64,000 nt of DNA from the human T2T-CHM13v2.0 reference genome, Homo sapiens. The notes below the pieces were generated by a model. That model saw only the letters and a program-made list of their open reading frames with translations. It made no database searches and was not told the origin of the DNA. The stretch is taken from assembly GCF_009914755.1 (NCBI RefSeq), contig NC_060933.1. One strand, 5' to 3'. The translations under genes and the position numbers were made by a program. Below are positions 61,169-64,000 of the stretch, piece after piece. Numbering within the stretch: the stretch's first letter is position 1; the number at the start of each line of letters is the position of its first letter.

Positions 61169-62199
61169 AATTAAGTCTATCACTGAGCCAAGGCTTTCTT
61201 TCAAGGCATCAGGGTTTTTTGTCAGTCATAAGTAAAAGACTAATCTCTATATCATACATTAAGGCTTGCAACTGAGAAAGTATTTTAAAACCTACATAAA
61301 GATAAATCTATCTTCCCTCTTACATGAAAATTATTTCTCAAGGAAAGGTTATATTCATAACTTCTTCTAAGGTCCTGAAGAATTCCATTCACTTATGATA
61401 TTAATTTATTAATGAAAATACTGGACTAGTAGCTCTTTATTAATTATAAATCAAGACATCCAACAGAATAACTAGTCTTCAAAAGAGGACAACAAAGAGG
61501 GTGAGGACCAAAGAAGAAAGAGCTAAACCCAAGTAAAAGCATATGCAACCTGGAATGGAAAGAACAGAGGACAATGCTGCTCTTTGCAATGGCCAGTAGA
61601 GGCTGCCAGTGTACAAGCACACATAGGGCTTCCCCTCCCCGCCTCCCACAGACACAGAGTTGTCAACAAAATAAGAAACATTTCCATGGTATAATATGAA
61701 GCCCAGCACTCTAGGCTCATCACAGAGCATCATGCAGCAGCAATCACCAAGTGTCCTTGCAACCATGGCTTCTGGGTATGTGTCATGGGAACAAAAGAAA
61801 GCCAGAATATTTTTTGAGTACTTCTGAAAGATGATCGCATTTAACCACTGTCTGACCAAAAGAAACTACCAATCCTATGTGATTACCTTTCCAGAAACGA
61901 TGCCTCAAGTTTTACAGACATGTGAAAATGGGTATTTTCCATGAAAGATAACTCAATTTAGGGCCTTCAAAATCTTTATTTGAATAGATGTATTACTCGG
62001 CTTCTTCAAATACAGTGAATTGTTACAGCTAAAGGACTCAGCTACTGAGTACAGAGACACAATTTGATCTAAAATTTGTAAGTATCATTCTTAAATAACA
62101 AATACTAACATACTTAAAAGGAATTTATTGATATTTGGCAGTCAGGTGAGATTCTGTCCATCTGTGCCCCTCACCCAGAGCCAAAAACACAAAGACACT

Positions 62200-62580
62200 C
62201 AAGTACACCAAGTGGCAATCACTTTTTAAAATTCATTTCATGAATCTGCTCTACAATTTTAAGAATTATGTATCTGGCCCTTTTTGAGCTCCACAACACT
62301 GCTATTTCTTGTAGAGAGAAACTTTGCTGTCAATCACTGCTCCCTTTTGCCACGCAAATATGTGCTGCAGCTTTCACTTGTCATTCCTATTATATGTAAT
62401 GTAGGCAGCTTAGCACTAAATCAATTTAAGGAACTGCAGGAGTTAAATACATACATTATTATTTTGATGACAGAAAAGGCAATGAATGTCTTGCAGCTCC
62501 ATTTGCTTTCTTTGTTAAGAAAGAAAAAGCTAATTATCTGCAGCTGTCAACCATGAAGACCTAGACCTATTTAAGTCAAC
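62200..62580. promoter_or_regulatory. candidate developmental enhancer (TALE/HOX motif cluster)
   Basis: TGATTGACAG on minus at 62327-62336, TGACAG at 62468, CTGTCA at 62544, TAATTA at 62531, CAGCTG at 62541; repeat-free. Confidence 0.45.
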
Positions 62581-63606
62581 ATTAGCCTTGGACAACTGAA
62601 AATATTTCTCAGATTTTTACCCGATTGTTTTCCTTTTGAAAAAAAAAAAAAAAAGAAAAAAGAAAAAAAAGAAGAAAAACCGCATACTTTCATTACAAAA
62701 TATTAAACATTCTAAAGGGCAATGTAAAAACAAGTTGAAAAATGTAAAACTACATAGTTGTATCCCTTTTCAAAACCAATTCATTTAATATTTTTTAAAA
62801 CTGCCTGTCAGTTTTTCGTAATACCCACTCTCTAATTAGTGTAGCCAAAATTTAGAAAAATGCAAAGCATCTCCAGATAAATTCATTAAAAAAACATTCA
62901 AGTGAAAGCCCAGACTATTGGTTACAATGAAACTATGTTACAGATGATCAAGGGATAAATTCTGTTCATTTATTTAACAAAAAGAGAAAGAAAGAAATAC
63001 ATGTCCAAAGTTGAACTGCTGCAAAAAGACAGAAAATGCATACTGAATTTGTGTTCAATGTAGGAACACAAATACGTTATGCTTCTGTGTTCATATACTA
63101 TTTCATATACATTATTTTCTTTACCTACCAATCTTCTATTTTCTAGTCTAGTACCATTAGAATCTAGAAATACTTCGTTCTGAATTTTCTTTTTTCAAAT
63201 TTAAGGATCAACTTGGGTATTTTTCCAGGACACCCAATAAGGATGAAAACAATATTTTCAATAAGTCAAAGATAAAGTCAATATATAAACTACGAAATCT
63301 CTCAATACTGGGTTCTAAAAAGTGCAGAAAGGTCATTATTCTTGATTGTGAACATAAATTTGTTTTGCACTTGTTTTTACTGGGTCAATGATAAAATATT
63401 ATTTTCCTATTATTTTCTTTGGAACAGCTCTTCTCATGGGAATACACTTAAAACTATTTTACAATTTCACATTAAAATACTGTCCAGTTAGCTTTCAAAT
63501 AATTTTTTAGACACCAATATAAATTCAACCGTACAAAATCAACAATGAAAGAAAAACAGGACATATGACCCAAAATAATTATAGTTTTAAAAATTATAGA
63601 TCATGT

Positions 63607-63680
63607 TGCAGTGAGCTGAGATCGCGCCACTGCACTCCAGCCTGGGTGACAGAGCGTGACTCCGTCTCAAAAAAAAAAAA
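63607..63680 (+). mobile_element. severely 5'-truncated AluY-like insertion
   Basis: last ~62 nt of Alu plus A-tail; 18-bp TSD aaaaattatag(a/c)tcatgt at 63589-63606 and 63681-63698. Confidence 0.92.
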
Positions 63681-64000
63681 AAAAATTATAGCTCATGTGT
63701 AAGTCCCTAAACCAGCCTTAAAAAGGAAGCCTTTTCGAAGTACACCTAACCGACAACTCCAAGATGCTGATTTGCCACAAGCACCCCTGCAATATTCAAG
63801 GATCACTATTGTAATCCCAAGTCTCAAATGTGTTAGAGACAAGAAAGAGAAGGTCAAGAACCATTAGTATAAATAGCATAAAAATCAAACACATCTCAGA
63901 TCCAAAGAATGATATGTAAAAATGAAGAGCCAGTCAGGTTTAAGTATAGACACAGACATAGCCTATGTGGTAAGTTAAAACAACAATGGTAGGTTAAAAC

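Overview
AT-rich, CpG-poor primate (human-like) genomic DNA, apparently intronic or intergenic. I can support no protein-coding gene, tRNA, rRNA or CRISPR array. The listed ORFs mostly arise from Alu, L1, Tigger or microsatellite sequence, or are chance ORFs. Repeats dominate: about 17 Alu copies or fragments (J, S and Y types), several old L1 remnants with nested younger insertions, a near full-length decayed Tigger2 containing a MER8, MER1A, MER2, Tigger3-type, MER58A, MER5, MADE1, MaLR LTRs, CR1/L3, L2, MIR and large TA-rich arrays. The longest L1s lie on +, weakly suggesting a large intron of a minus-strand host gene that I cannot name. The most notable items are repeat-free islands with clustered developmental TF motifs (a perfect PBX-MEIS decamer at 62327), a minus-strand candidate poison or alternative exon (31610-31732), a closely spaced inverted AluY pair, a fold-back TA array with inverted copies of its own flank, a 23-bp templated insertion in Tigger2, and an unassigned ancient element with inverted ~15-bp subterminal arrays (2645-3563). 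I found no convincing evidence of a wholly new biological system. Subfamily calls come from my recall of consensus sequences and need RepeatMasker/Dfam confirmation; boundaries of old repeats are approximate.
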